Positions 1 through 9,656 of a stretch of DNA of 64,000 nt are shown piece by piece. The position numbers and the translations under genes are program-made. Every line of letters begins with the position of its first letter. Within the stretch, counting starts at the first letter, position 1. A model generated the notes under the pieces. It was not told the DNA's origin. It did not search any database and was given only the letters and a program-made list of their open reading frames with translations. The DNA lies in assembly GCA_029856145.1 (NCBI GenBank), contig JAHQWK010000003.1:1-64000 (forward strand). Reading direction: 5' to 3'. This DNA is from Promethearchaeia archaeon (GTDB lineage Archaea > Asgardarchaeota > Lokiarchaeia > Sigyniarchaeales > SOKP01).

Positions 1-169
1 AGTAAAAAGTTTCTATCCTGATGGAAAACAAAAGTTTTGTGTCATGGGAAATTCACCACTTTTATGTGACAATTGTGGATGTGTCGTGCCAATTGCTGCT
101 TATGCCTTATTTAAGAAATTTGATTCCGGTACAGTTGATAAAACGAGAAAATTGTTTAATTTCATGTAA
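1..169 (+). CDS. 3' end of a probable radical SAM / Fe-S protein (partial, runs off window start)
   Basis: Frame starting at nt 2 reads VKSFYPDGKQKFCVMGNSPLLCDNCGCVVPIAAYALFKKF...FNFM* (TAA 167-169); the C-x8-CxxCxC cluster resembles auxiliary-cluster C-termini of radical SAM proteins. Confidence 0.55.
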   Translation, partial: VKSFYPDGKQKFCVMGNSPLLCDNCGCVVPIAAYALFKKFDSGTVDKTRKLFNFM

Positions 170-358
170 TTTTTGCTATTTTGCAAAATCTTTTTTATTT
201 ATGAGAATCAAACTTCAAACCTGAATTATTAAACTAAGTATCTAATCTTTATTTTTTAAGAATACTTTTATATCTTTATTAATTGATATTTTTGTTAAAA
301 GAAGTCTTTAGTGAAATTCAACAGATTTTAAAAAAAATTTAGATAAAGAGAAATTTAT

Positions 359-814
359 ATGGAAAATAAAGCAATTCAAGATAAATGGCCTGAATTAGGG
401 ACTTATTGTTGGGGTTGTGGAAGGAGTAATGAGCACGGATTGCAAATAAAGAGCTTTTGGGAAGAAGACGAATGTGTTTGTACGTGGAAACCAAAGAGAT
501 ATCATTGTGCATATCCCGGTAGGGGATGCGGAGGGATTATTGCTACAATTCTCGATTGTCATTGTCTTAACACTGCTGCTTCAGCAGCTCACAGAGCAGA
601 AGGTCGAGAGGAAGGTACTGAACCTCCAATTGCATATGCAACCGGTTCTTTATTTGTGAAATTCTTACAACCAACACCTTTGAATAAACCATGGGTCTTT
701 CGAGCAAGAATTAAGGAAGTGAAAGAAAGAAAAACTACTGTATCTTGCTCGGTTTTTGTTAAAGAGAAAGAATATGTAACCGGAGAAATAGTAGCTATAC
801 GAATAAAAATGTAA
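359..814 (+). CDS. PaaI/hotdog-fold thioesterase family protein
   Basis: CWGCG-x-x-NEHGLQI, GGIIATILDCH and TGSLFVKFLQPTPL motifs. Confidence 0.85.
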   Translation: MENKAIQDKWPELGTYCWGCGRSNEHGLQIKSFWEEDECVCTWKPKRYHCAYPGRGCGGIIATILDCHCLNTAASAAHRAEGREEGTEPPIAYATGSLFVKFLQPTPLNKPWVFRARIKEVKERKTTVSCSVFVKEKEYVTGEIVAIRIKM

Positions 815-883
815 TTATAATAATATTTATTTAACTTTTTTTCACCTTTTTTTCAATTGGAACAGAATTTGAATGGAAACTTA

Positions 884-1498
884 TTATTCCAGAATCTTAT
901 ATCCTTTATCTTCCCACGTCTCTCTCATTACTGGATTCTTTTTAAGAAAAGAATCAATAACTTCTTTTTTTACATGATTAAGAGGGCAAGAGAAATTTAA
1001 ACAACTTCCACATCTTTTTATTATTAAAAAGCAAAAAAAAACAATTATTTCGATAATTACAACTATTAACAAGATAAATTGGTTTCCAAGAATCAAAAGA
1101 ACTACGGGGTATCCAACAAGAATTATAAAACCAATCATTAGTTGGATTTTTTCAGATAGATTCATTGGTTCAGGGTGATACTTCCAAATCTTAAGGCTAC
1201 TATAATTAGCAATACAATGTAATGTTCTCCCTTCTTCGGCATAATAAGGACAATGGCTACAAAGAATACTTATTTCCCAAAATTCAAAGAAAAACAACCA
1301 AAACCCAATCCAACCCAATAAAAACCAACCATACCCCGCTAATATTACCCCTACAAAAGAAGTAATAGCAAAAATAAAAAATAATCCAATAAAGCTATAC
1401 AAATATTTTCTATGAAAATGACATATTAGTTCACCATTAATTGGACAGTTATTACACTCAGAAGTATCTTTCCAAGTACAAATATTATAGGGATTCAT
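884..1498 (-). CDS. Cys-rich integral membrane protein of unknown function
   Basis: About 4 hydrophobic segments plus C/H clusters (CNNC, CSHCPYY, CGSCLNFSCPLN). Confidence 0.75.
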   Translation of the reverse strand: MNPYNICTWKDTSECNNCPINGELICHFHRKYLYSFIGLFFIFAITSFVGVILAGYGWFLLGWIGFWLFFFEFWEISILCSHCPYYAEEGRTLHCIANYSSLKIWKYHPEPMNLSEKIQLMIGFIILVGYPVVLLILGNQFILLIVVIIEIIVFFCFLIIKRCGSCLNFSCPLNHVKKEVIDSFLKKNPVMRETWEDKGYKILE

Positions 1499-1731
1499 GA
1501 TAATCTCAATGCTATCAATTTAGAATACATAATTAATTATTATGTAACAAATAAAGAACGCAACAGCATAATAATAATTATTATTAGTTTTTCTTCTAGA
1601 AATCCAGAAATAACATGTATTAATTATTCTATTTTTAATTTTATTCTTTCTTAATTTTTATTAACATAAAAAACCAAAACTTCTAATACGTTTCAATTAT
1701 AGTATTTTTGAATAGAAAGGAAAATTTTGAT

Positions 1732-2100
1732 ATGGTCTCATTTACTTTTGTAGTGTGCGCGGAATCTTATAAATATGAAGCTATGGATACTGTAATTAAT
1801 TTAGGAGAAGCTATTATTAAGAAAGGTCATCAAATCATAGGAATCTTTTTTTATGGAAGTGGGGTATATAACATTAAAGAAAGAAAAATTAAAGACACGT
1901 CTATACGGAATTTATCAGAACGTCTTGAGAAATTTTGTAATAAGCATAACACTGAATTCGCAGCTTGTAGTACTTGGACCAGTTTTACGGGGATCAAATC
2001 TGAAGAATTCGTAGAAGGAGCACATCAAGAAGGTTTAGGAGGACTTTCACTTATGGCGGCAAATTCGGATAAAATAATATTTTTTGGCCCAGGAGGGTGA
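1732..2100 (+). CDS. dsrE: DsrE/TusD-like sulfur relay subunit
   Basis: GHQIIGIFFYGSGVY, conserved Cys in AACS, GLGGL; ATG 1732 preferred over TTG 1708. Confidence 0.8.
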   Translation: MVSFTFVVCAESYKYEAMDTVINLGEAIIKKGHQIIGIFFYGSGVYNIKERKIKDTSIRNLSERLEKFCNKHNTEFAACSTWTSFTGIKSEEFVEGAHQEGLGGLSLMAANSDKIIFFGPGG

Positions 2101-2107
2101 TAAGAAG

Positions 2108-2476
2108 ATGGTGAATTCGATTGTAATTATCTGTGAAGATGGACCATTTGGAAAAAATTCTGTTGTTGAATCAATACGAATGGCTGCGGGATTACTTGCT
2201 GTAGGAGATATTGAAATATGTAAGGTCATTTTACTTCGCGATGCAGTATATTTTTTTAAAAAAACCTTAGAACCAGAAGCTTTAAACGTGGATAATTTTG
2301 GTAATATTATAAGGTTAATAGAACTCTCGGAGTTAGAAATTTACGTTCATAGTCAAGCTTTAGAAATTGCGGGAATAGAAACTAGTGATCTAATTTTACA
2401 AGATAATATTAAGTTTGTAGATATAAAAGAGATTTCTCAACTTATTTTAAATGCTGATGTGAGTTTTAAATATTAA
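2108..2476 (+). CDS. dsrF: DsrF/TusC-like sulfur relay subunit
   Basis: GPFG...ESIRMAAG, VILLRDAVY; GGAGGGTGA SD upstream; operon position. Confidence 0.75.
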   Translation: MVNSIVIICEDGPFGKNSVVESIRMAAGLLAVGDIEICKVILLRDAVYFFKKTLEPEALNVDNFGNIIRLIELSELEIYVHSQALEIAGIETSDLILQDNIKFVDIKEISQLILNADVSFKY

Positions 2477-2480
2477 CTAG

Positions 2481-2831
2481 GTGAAATTTATGGACACAAA
2501 AAATTCTATCTTATATTTATATGGCTTTAGTCCTACAAAAAGTGATAAATCAAGGAGTTTATTAGAAATCTTAAAAGAGCAATTAGAGCAAGACATAAAA
2601 ATTGATATAATTCTGATACATGATGGAGTAATTCGTACCACAAAAAAAGGAGAAATACCTAAATTCTTAGAAAACTTGTTAGATCTACCCGTTACTGTCT
2701 ATGCTATGATACCTGATATTAAAGCTAGAGGAATGGACCCTAAAAATCTCAATAATCAGGTAAAAGGCATTGGTTATGAAGATTTAGTAGATATTTTAGT
2801 AAATACTCAAAAAGTTGTATCGTGGATGTAA
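2481..2831 (+). CDS. dsrH: DsrH/TusB-like sulfur relay subunit
   Basis: ILIHDGV, DIKARG, YEDLVDIL...VVSW motifs. Confidence 0.8.
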   Translation: MKFMDTKNSILYLYGFSPTKSDKSRSLLEILKEQLEQDIKIDIILIHDGVIRTTKKGEIPKFLENLLDLPVTVYAMIPDIKARGMDPKNLNNQVKGIGYEDLVDILVNTQKVVSWM

Positions 2832-2895
2832 GCTTTTTTATATACATTCCACGCTCTTTCATAACCAGTGATTTTCCAAAAAAGAAAAAAAAGAA

Positions 2896-3327
2896 TTATT
2901 TATTTCTAAATTTTAAGTAAAACATGGTTGTATTGATTATTCCTGCGATAATACCGGCATAAAATCCAGTATCAGGCCACCACTCATATGCACCATATGC
3001 CGCGCCAAATACTCCAATCCCTATAATTGCAAAAAGGATTGTAAGTCCAGCTAAACCCATTCCATATACAGCTAAATCCTTTTGAATAAATCTCTTTGGG
3101 AGTAGATCATTTAAGGATACAATTATTTGTATTATTAAAAAGACTAAAATAAGGATTTGTGAAGTTAAATCACCTGGGGTAGCATATTCACAATCTAAGC
3201 AAGAATGGTAATAGTAAGCACCAGACCAAAAACTGGCAAAATATTGAGTAGCGAGTAAAATTATTCCTATGATACTAATTACTAATATTAATGCAGCAAA
3301 AGGATCAATTTTTCTCTCAGATGACAT
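2896..3327 (-). CDS. Four-TM membrane protein of unknown function
   Basis: Four hydrophobic helices, CLDC in a loop. Confidence 0.7.
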   Translation of the reverse strand: MSSERKIDPFAALILVISIIGIILLATQYFASFWSGAYYYHSCLDCEYATPGDLTSQILILVFLIIQIIVSLNDLLPKRFIQKDLAVYGMGLAGLTILFAIIGIGVFGAAYGAYEWWPDTGFYAGIIAGIINTTMFYLKFRNK

Positions 3328-3506
3328 TTTAGACTCCTCTTAAAATTTTAAGGATATTTTTTTAATATTAATTATTTTGGGTTATTGAATTATTTAAATA
3401 TTTATTTTATATTTTTAAAGCTAGTAATTTTAGAGATTACATGCTTCTATAGCGTCTTAAGGCATAATTTGTATTAAACTTTTAATTATAAATAAAAACT
3501 TATGAG

Positions 3507-3908
3507 TTATGACTTCAATTTCTCAAGAATTTGTTTCAATACCTCAAAATTTACAGCTCCTAAAAATTTACGTAAAATGTGTTCTCCTTTTATGAATAGA
3601 GTTGTAGGAATTGATGTAATTCCAAAATACTGTGCTATCATCGGATTTACGTCAACATTGATTTTTACGAAAATAAAATCAATTGAGTACTCCTCATGTG
3701 CTTTTGCAAGAACTGGTGCAAATAATTTACAGGGAGCACACCATTCAGCCCAAAAATCAATAACTATGATTTTATCTGGGAAGTCTTTTAATAATTTATT
3801 AAATTCATCTTCTGTTTTTATATCAATGATTTCCTTAGGCATAGATTGAAGTTTTAATAACCTTTGAGCTTTTCTAAGCCTTATTTTTTCTATTTCGTTA
3901 TCAGACAT
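3507..3908 (-). CDS. trxA: Thioredoxin
   Basis: DFWAEWCAPCK active site, SIPT cis-Pro motif. Confidence 0.95.
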   Translation of the reverse strand: MSDNEIEKIRLRKAQRLLKLQSMPKEIIDIKTEDEFNKLLKDFPDKIIVIDFWAEWCAPCKLFAPVLAKAHEEYSIDFIFVKINVDVNPMIAQYFGITSIPTTLFIKGEHILRKFLGAVNFEVLKQILEKLKS

Positions 3909-4156
3909 TTTTGGTTTAGTTCTTAAGAATTTTCAAAAATTGTATAAAAAACCTTCTTTCATTTCTTATACTTAAGAAATAAAAATTTTTATTTAAACAT
4001 CTGGATTATGAAAATAAATCACGATATTGGAACGGATTTTCCAAATAACCCACAGTTTATATAACTTCTTTTGGAATATGTGATTTGAATAATAACTCTT
4101 AAGATGAATAATTCATAATTTAGAATATTAACTATTTACTAGATATGTGACGTTCA

Positions 4157-4942
4157 ATGAATGTTAGAGATCTTAATGATGTAATCAAGATTATTAATAA
4201 TAGGTGTACAGTGAGAGCTTATGAACCTACTCCCTTATCTCAAGAAGAAATTGAAATAATAATTCATAGCGCTATGCGAGCCCCAACTGCAGGTAACATG
4301 ATGTTTTATTCAATAATTGAAGTCAAGGACCAAGAAAAGAAGGAAAAATTAGTTAAAACCTGTGATAATCAACCTCACATTGCAAAAGCCCCCTTAGTTC
4401 TTATTTTTTTAGCGGATATGCAACGATGGTATGATTATTATGTTGCATCAAGTGTTCCAGAAAGATGTGCAAGTATAAATCAAATGTATCGAACTCCAGA
4501 TGAATCGGATTTATTACTCGCATGTTGTGATGCATTAATTGCAGCACAGAATACTGTAATCACTGCTGAATCAATAGGAATCGGCTCTTGCTATATTGGA
4601 GATATTATAGAAAATATTGAAACTCATCGTGAAATGTTCAATCTTCCAAAATGGGTATTTCCTATCACAATGCTCTGTTATGGATATCCTAAGCAAGATC
4701 CTTCTAAAAGAATAATTAAATCTCGATTCCCAAAGAAATTTATACATTTTATCGATACTTATAAACGATTTAATAAAGAAGAATTCTCGGAGATGTTTCA
4801 AATCTTTGAAAAAGAATTATATGTAGAAAATGCGGAAAATCTTGGGCAAGATTATTATCTCAGAAAAACGGGTTCAGCATTTGCTCAAGAAATGAGTCGT
4901 TCAGTGAAAGTGGCAATTCAAGATTGGATAAAAAAGGAGTAA
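4157..4942 (+). CDS. NfsA/FRP-type nitroreductase / flavin reductase
   Basis: R-x-x-VRAY, RAPTAGNM, AAQN...AESIGIGSCYIG. Confidence 0.9.
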   Translation: MNVRDLNDVIKIINNRCTVRAYEPTPLSQEEIEIIIHSAMRAPTAGNMMFYSIIEVKDQEKKEKLVKTCDNQPHIAKAPLVLIFLADMQRWYDYYVASSVPERCASINQMYRTPDESDLLLACCDALIAAQNTVITAESIGIGSCYIGDIIENIETHREMFNLPKWVFPITMLCYGYPKQDPSKRIIKSRFPKKFIHFIDTYKRFNKEEFSEMFQIFEKELYVENAENLGQDYYLRKTGSAFAQEMSRSVKVAIQDWIKKE

Positions 4943-5173
4943 ATATAAAGAAATTCTATGGAAATTCAAACAATAACCGAGGAGAAAAGATTTTCATAAA
5001 CTAAGAAATTATCTTTATTAAAAGAATGGCATCATTTGAAGAGATTAAATTAGAATTAGAGAATTGTGAGAAAGGATAACAACAGTTTTCTTTTAGATTT
5101 TGTTATATTAAAAATACTTAAAAGAGTGTATTTTTATATTTATGTTTATAAGAGCATTAAGGTATTATTCTAA

Positions 5174-5932
5174 ATGAAGATTCATTCTCTATTTATTTTA
5201 AAGAAAACGGGAGTTTGTATATATAGCCGAAATTTTACAGATGATTTTGAAAATCTGGAGGTTAATTTAATCACACCTTTCTTTTCAGCAATATTCTCAT
5301 TTTCTGAAAATGTAATTTCAAGGAAAACTCCTGAAATTCTTGAAATGAGAGAATTGAGATTTGTTTTTAAGACCCATCAAGATCTTATTTTTTCTCTATT
5401 ATCAGATTCAACGGCAAGTCTTTTATTTGTCAGCACCCGTTTAGAAAGAATTGCTGACGTTTTTTTAGAGGAATATCCAGATACTACTAAAATAAAAGAT
5501 TATCAGGAAATAGAAAACCTGAAATTCGACAAAATAGTTGATTCGATAATCAGAGGAGAAGATGAGATATATATGAGTCAAACGTTTTATAAGAAAGTTA
5601 TTGGTGTTTTTGAGGAATTGATGTATGAAAATGAGCTTCTTGGAGCTGCTCTTTTAACAACTAAGGGAAACACAATTTATACTTCGCTTCCGCATGAAAT
5701 ATTAGTAAACTCTTTGAAAGAGCTTGAAATTAGATATATGATAGGCGCGTTAGACCTTCCAGAAATGTACTACGGATTGAAAAATGGGCAAAAAGTATTT
5801 TCTAAAGTTATAGATATTCCTTGGAAATTAGATCCACTATTAGTTGTTGTCCTTTATGATGCTACCGTGCCTTTAGGAATGTGTGATATGAATTTACAGA
5901 AATTAGCGAATAAGATAACTAATATTATCTAA
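5174..5932 (+). CDS. Longin-like plus roadblock-like domain protein
   Basis: N-terminal IHSLFILKKTGVCIYSR...LITPFFSAIFSFS longin pattern; C-terminal LLGAALLTTKGNTIY roadblock/profilin-like pattern. Confidence 0.6.
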   Translation: MKIHSLFILKKTGVCIYSRNFTDDFENLEVNLITPFFSAIFSFSENVISRKTPEILEMRELRFVFKTHQDLIFSLLSDSTASLLFVSTRLERIADVFLEEYPDTTKIKDYQEIENLKFDKIVDSIIRGEDEIYMSQTFYKKVIGVFEELMYENELLGAALLTTKGNTIYTSLPHEILVNSLKELEIRYMIGALDLPEMYYGLKNGQKVFSKVIDIPWKLDPLLVVVLYDATVPLGMCDMNLQKLANKITNII

Positions 5933-5991
5933 TTAATTAATCCAAAAAATAAAAAAAATAGAAATAAAAAATAAATTTTTAATATTTTATT

Positions 5992-7668
5992 TTAGCCTTG
6001 GAACCAAAAATAAATACAAACTACTCCTAAGATAAATGCTATAACTACCCAAACATACCTAAAAGCTCTTGCATAGTTTCTGTGTCTTGTTCCAGACTCA
6101 GACCATATCGTATCTACTTGAATATATGGGCTTGGACCTCTTCTATACCACCCTTTAATCCGAACATTTTGCCCTATTAACCGTTTCACAGTTCTAAGAG
6201 AGAATATCAAATCTACTATACCAATTCCAAACCGATAATCTACATACATCAAACCTGTATTATCTTGGAAAAACATATCTTCACTGAAGACATATCCTGG
6301 AATACCTCTCCCTACTATTTTTCCTTCTAAAAATGCAGGAATTGTTCTAACTGGAGAAACTTTTACTTTAGTTACAAGGTCTACTACAGTTTTGTCTTCA
6401 AAGCCACCCTTATACATGTACATAGTCTTAAGTATAGACATAAAGCCAATGATATAGAAACCAATAGCCCATACAAGCCACATATTTGCATAAACAGGAG
6501 CGAGAAAAGCAATGTTATAAAAGCCAGCAAGATCAAATATCCATACAATTGTCAAGCCAAGTAGAGCAATAAAAACAAGGGTAGGAAGTGCTTTCATAAA
6601 CATGTCCCACAGAAATTCATCCCACATTGATTTTCCTGCTTGTTCTTCCTTCAATCTTTTTGCATCCGAAAAGTCAATCTCAGGTTGGATACCATAGATT
6701 TCACATAACATATTCAAACGCATAATTCTCTTTGCAGGTAGGGGATGAGTTGAGAACATTTGGAAGTATTTAGCCCAAGGATTATATAAATCCCAAGCAG
6801 CCGCTTTTTGAATTGCTTCCATCGACAAAGTTTGTGTAGTGCCAACACTAATAATACCTAATCCTTTTGCTGTACTTGGATCAAAAATTCCTAAACCTCT
6901 CAGTCCTCGTACTCGTGATTTCTTTCTTTCTTCAACATTACCATCAACTAATAATCCATAAGCTATTTTAACAAGCCCCGTTGCCAAGGCATTAGGATCT
7001 TGTAAAACTTCAGCACTGTGTTCATCAGCGTAATATTCACGGATTCTACTAATTATCAGCGATATTAAATAACTTAGATAATAACTGACGTACGATAAAA
7101 CTGCAACTGCAATTAATGCAAGTCGAAGATAAGAAGCCTCATCACTATCACTTCTACTACTTCTTGAAAATAAACTAGCATAATAAGCCCAACGAGCAAC
7201 TGTTAATAAAAGCAAGGGAATTGCAAATACAACCGTCATCAGTATAAAATCTGAATGAACAACATGTCCTAATTCATGTGAAAATACAGCATTTTGTTCT
7301 TTTTTATTTAAATAGTGTAATATTCCGTCTGTGAGAACAACTCTTGCTGAATTTTTGCTCCATCCGAATGTAAAAGCGTTTGGGTTAAGATCATGTACTA
7401 TACCGAGTCGTGGCATCTTTATACCATTATAAGCAACTACTTTATCAAGAGATTCTGCTAAATGAGGGTACTGAGAAGCAAATTCTTCATATGGTATCCA
7501 ATCTATTCTGTAAAGCCATCCTACAATCAATGGAGATATTGCATATTGAAATAAAATCATCCCGATCGTAATTGAAATCATAATAAGCAAGCCCCATATT
7601 GAAGAAGGTAAAAACCAGACTCCTATCACAAACACAAACGCATAAAGCAGTGCAAATAACGTAGTCAT
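5992..7668 (-). CDS. htpX: HtpX-like M48 zinc metalloprotease with C-terminal membrane/OB-like extension
   Basis: PNAFTFG, HELGH, SRIREYYAD, FSTHP motifs; start may lie at ATA 7698. Confidence 0.9.
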   Translation of the reverse strand: MTTLFALLYAFVFVIGVWFLPSSIWGLLIMISITIGMILFQYAISPLIVGWLYRIDWIPYEEFASQYPHLAESLDKVVAYNGIKMPRLGIVHDLNPNAFTFGWSKNSARVVLTDGILHYLNKKEQNAVFSHELGHVVHSDFILMTVVFAIPLLLLTVARWAYYASLFSRSSRSDSDEASYLRLALIAVAVLSYVSYYLSYLISLIISRIREYYADEHSAEVLQDPNALATGLVKIAYGLLVDGNVEERKKSRVRGLRGLGIFDPSTAKGLGIISVGTTQTLSMEAIQKAAAWDLYNPWAKYFQMFSTHPLPAKRIMRLNMLCEIYGIQPEIDFSDAKRLKEEQAGKSMWDEFLWDMFMKALPTLVFIALLGLTIVWIFDLAGFYNIAFLAPVYANMWLVWAIGFYIIGFMSILKTMYMYKGGFEDKTVVDLVTKVKVSPVRTIPAFLEGKIVGRGIPGYVFSEDMFFQDNTGLMYVDYRFGIGIVDLIFSLRTVKRLIGQNVRIKGWYRRGPSPYIQVDTIWSESGTRHRNYARAFRYVWVVIAFILGVVCIYFWFQG

Positions 7669-7865
7669 AGCGAGCCCCGAAGCTAATCTTAATCCTATAA
7701 TTTACCACCTTTAAGTTTATTTAATTTTTTTTTATTTAGATTTATAAAAAATTTTATTCATGTTATTGTAGAGAGTATACCTATAAAAACTTTTTAACTA
7801 AAAATTAAAAACATTAGATAGATTATAACACATAAATTAGATTCATTTAAGAGAATTGATTAAAC

Positions 7866-9134
7866 ATGTTTGATGTAATTATCATTGGTGCAGGAATTGC
7901 TGGTGCGTCGTTTGCTTCCAAAATTTCAAAATATGCAAAAACACTTCTAATTGAGGCTCAAGATTACCAAAAAGAAATTCCAATAAGAACTAATATATTT
8001 CCCGAACATAATCGACCATTTATCCAAGAAGAAATTGGTTGGGATAACAAAATTATTTTCCCTACGACGCATACCCAATCTAATTATATGAGTGATGAGT
8101 TTAATGGCGTTATTGACTCTAATGAATTTGGTATACCGCTTGGAAATATATGTTACACAGAAAACTTCATTGCAGAACGAATTAAGCAACTTGAAAATCA
8201 AGGGGGTACATTCAGTTCTGGTGAAAGAATATCAAAAGTAACTAGACATAGCGATTATTTAGAATTAATGAATAACAGGGGAGAATCCTATTCAACAAAA
8301 CTATTAACATTAGCAACTGGTTCACGTGGTTTTGAACTGCAACGTTCTTTAGGATTCGGAATCCCTGATTCTTATAGAGGAGTATATCTTCATTTATTTG
8401 GAGAAGAAGATAAGATTAATGAAAACTTAGATTATAATTACACATTCCACATAAATCCTAAGATTTCTCAAAATGGTCCTTTCTTCTTCAATAAAGGAAT
8501 TGATAGAATCTCAGCAGGATATCTCGGTGAGAAGAACCAGTCAAAGGAGGATGTCATTTCTAAATTAAAGAGAATATTGAACAATTATAAACCAATCCAA
8601 CCTATTTTAAATGGCTTATCATATAATCTAGCAACCGCAGTTGTGGGTGATATCTCAAAACATCCAATCAAAAACTTCTCAAATGATCGAGTCCTTGTTC
8701 TTGGTGAAGCCGCAGGAATTGTGACTGCTTTCTTTTACGAAGGATTATTGCCTGGAGTAGCATGTGCTGATATAGCCACTAAAACTTTAAAACCATTATT
8801 AGAAAACGAAAGTAATTTTAGTCGATCAGAATTACACAAATATGATCAAGAAGTTAAGCGCATATTGTTTCCGTATTTCAAGAACGGAAATGCTCTGGAA
8901 TACTTAATATATAACGAAGGTTCCCATGTGAAATCCTTATGGCGTTTATATACAAAACTCCTAAGTGAAGACAGAACTTGTAGAAAATATATCTATGATG
9001 CCTATATAAATCACGATCTTTCTAAGCATAATACTAGTAATGACAGATATGTGGGCGAAAAATGGTTTTCTAAACTTCCAACTCTTTCAAAAATAACATT
9101 AAGTCCAAAATTCTTTAAAGCCTTGCTTATGTGA
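7866..9134 (+). CDS. FAD-dependent oxidoreductase, geranylgeranyl reductase-like
   Basis: GAGIAG Rossmann motif, ATG, LGEAAG...YEG. Confidence 0.8.
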   Translation: MFDVIIIGAGIAGASFASKISKYAKTLLIEAQDYQKEIPIRTNIFPEHNRPFIQEEIGWDNKIIFPTTHTQSNYMSDEFNGVIDSNEFGIPLGNICYTENFIAERIKQLENQGGTFSSGERISKVTRHSDYLELMNNRGESYSTKLLTLATGSRGFELQRSLGFGIPDSYRGVYLHLFGEEDKINENLDYNYTFHINPKISQNGPFFFNKGIDRISAGYLGEKNQSKEDVISKLKRILNNYKPIQPILNGLSYNLATAVVGDISKHPIKNFSNDRVLVLGEAAGIVTAFFYEGLLPGVACADIATKTLKPLLENESNFSRSELHKYDQEVKRILFPYFKNGNALEYLIYNEGSHVKSLWRLYTKLLSEDRTCRKYIYDAYINHDLSKHNTSNDRYVGEKWFSKLPTLSKITLSPKFFKALLM

Positions 9135-9186
9135 GCAATTAATTTAAAATAAGAAAATAATAAAAAATATTACTAAATAAAATTAT

Positions 9187-9375
9187 TTATTCATAAGTTA
9201 GAAGTGGGCAAAGAACCTTTCCACTAGCTTTGAAATCTTCAAGATCTTCCTTAGTAAGAATAGTTTCCTTCAGTTCGCAAGTGGAACAATTCCACTCATA
9301 TTTTGTTCTATCGTCACTATCAATTATAATTCCTGTATCAAAATTATGCTTAACTCCACATGAAAATTTTTGCAA
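9187..9375 (-). CDS. Small Cys-rich (zinc-binding) protein
   Basis: TTG start with GGTGG SD; C-x3-H, CSTC, CPL. Confidence 0.55.
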   Translation of the reverse strand: MQKFSCGVKHNFDTGIIIDSDDRTKYEWNCSTCELKETILTKEDLEDFKASGKVLCPLLTYE

Positions 9376-9656
9376 CTTTTAATGACCACCTGATAATTAT
9401 GTTCAATTTTTTTTTTTACAATTTATTAATAATAATATCTATTCTACCTATTTAAATTTTCCCCTAATTTTCCCACATATGTTAAATGCTCAAAAATAAA
9501 TAAAATCCGACGAAATTTAAAATCTGAATATTAATATTGAACGAATCATCAATCAAGATATCTTTTAATGAAAAGCTTTCAACTTATACTATATTTCAAA
9601 TATAAAGTTATCGAAAGAAAATGAACAAAATTTAAAAACAAGCTGAAAAAAAAAGA

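Noticed and set aside
21-224. 67-aa ORF in the track
   Set aside because: Shadow of the Cys-motif frame ending at 169.
7487-7708. Alternative-frame ORF over the htpX 5' end, and a possible GT..AG (GTAAATTATAG) intron there
   Set aside because: Excision gives an immediate stop (GTG GAT TAA); a non-canonical start explains the locus more simply.
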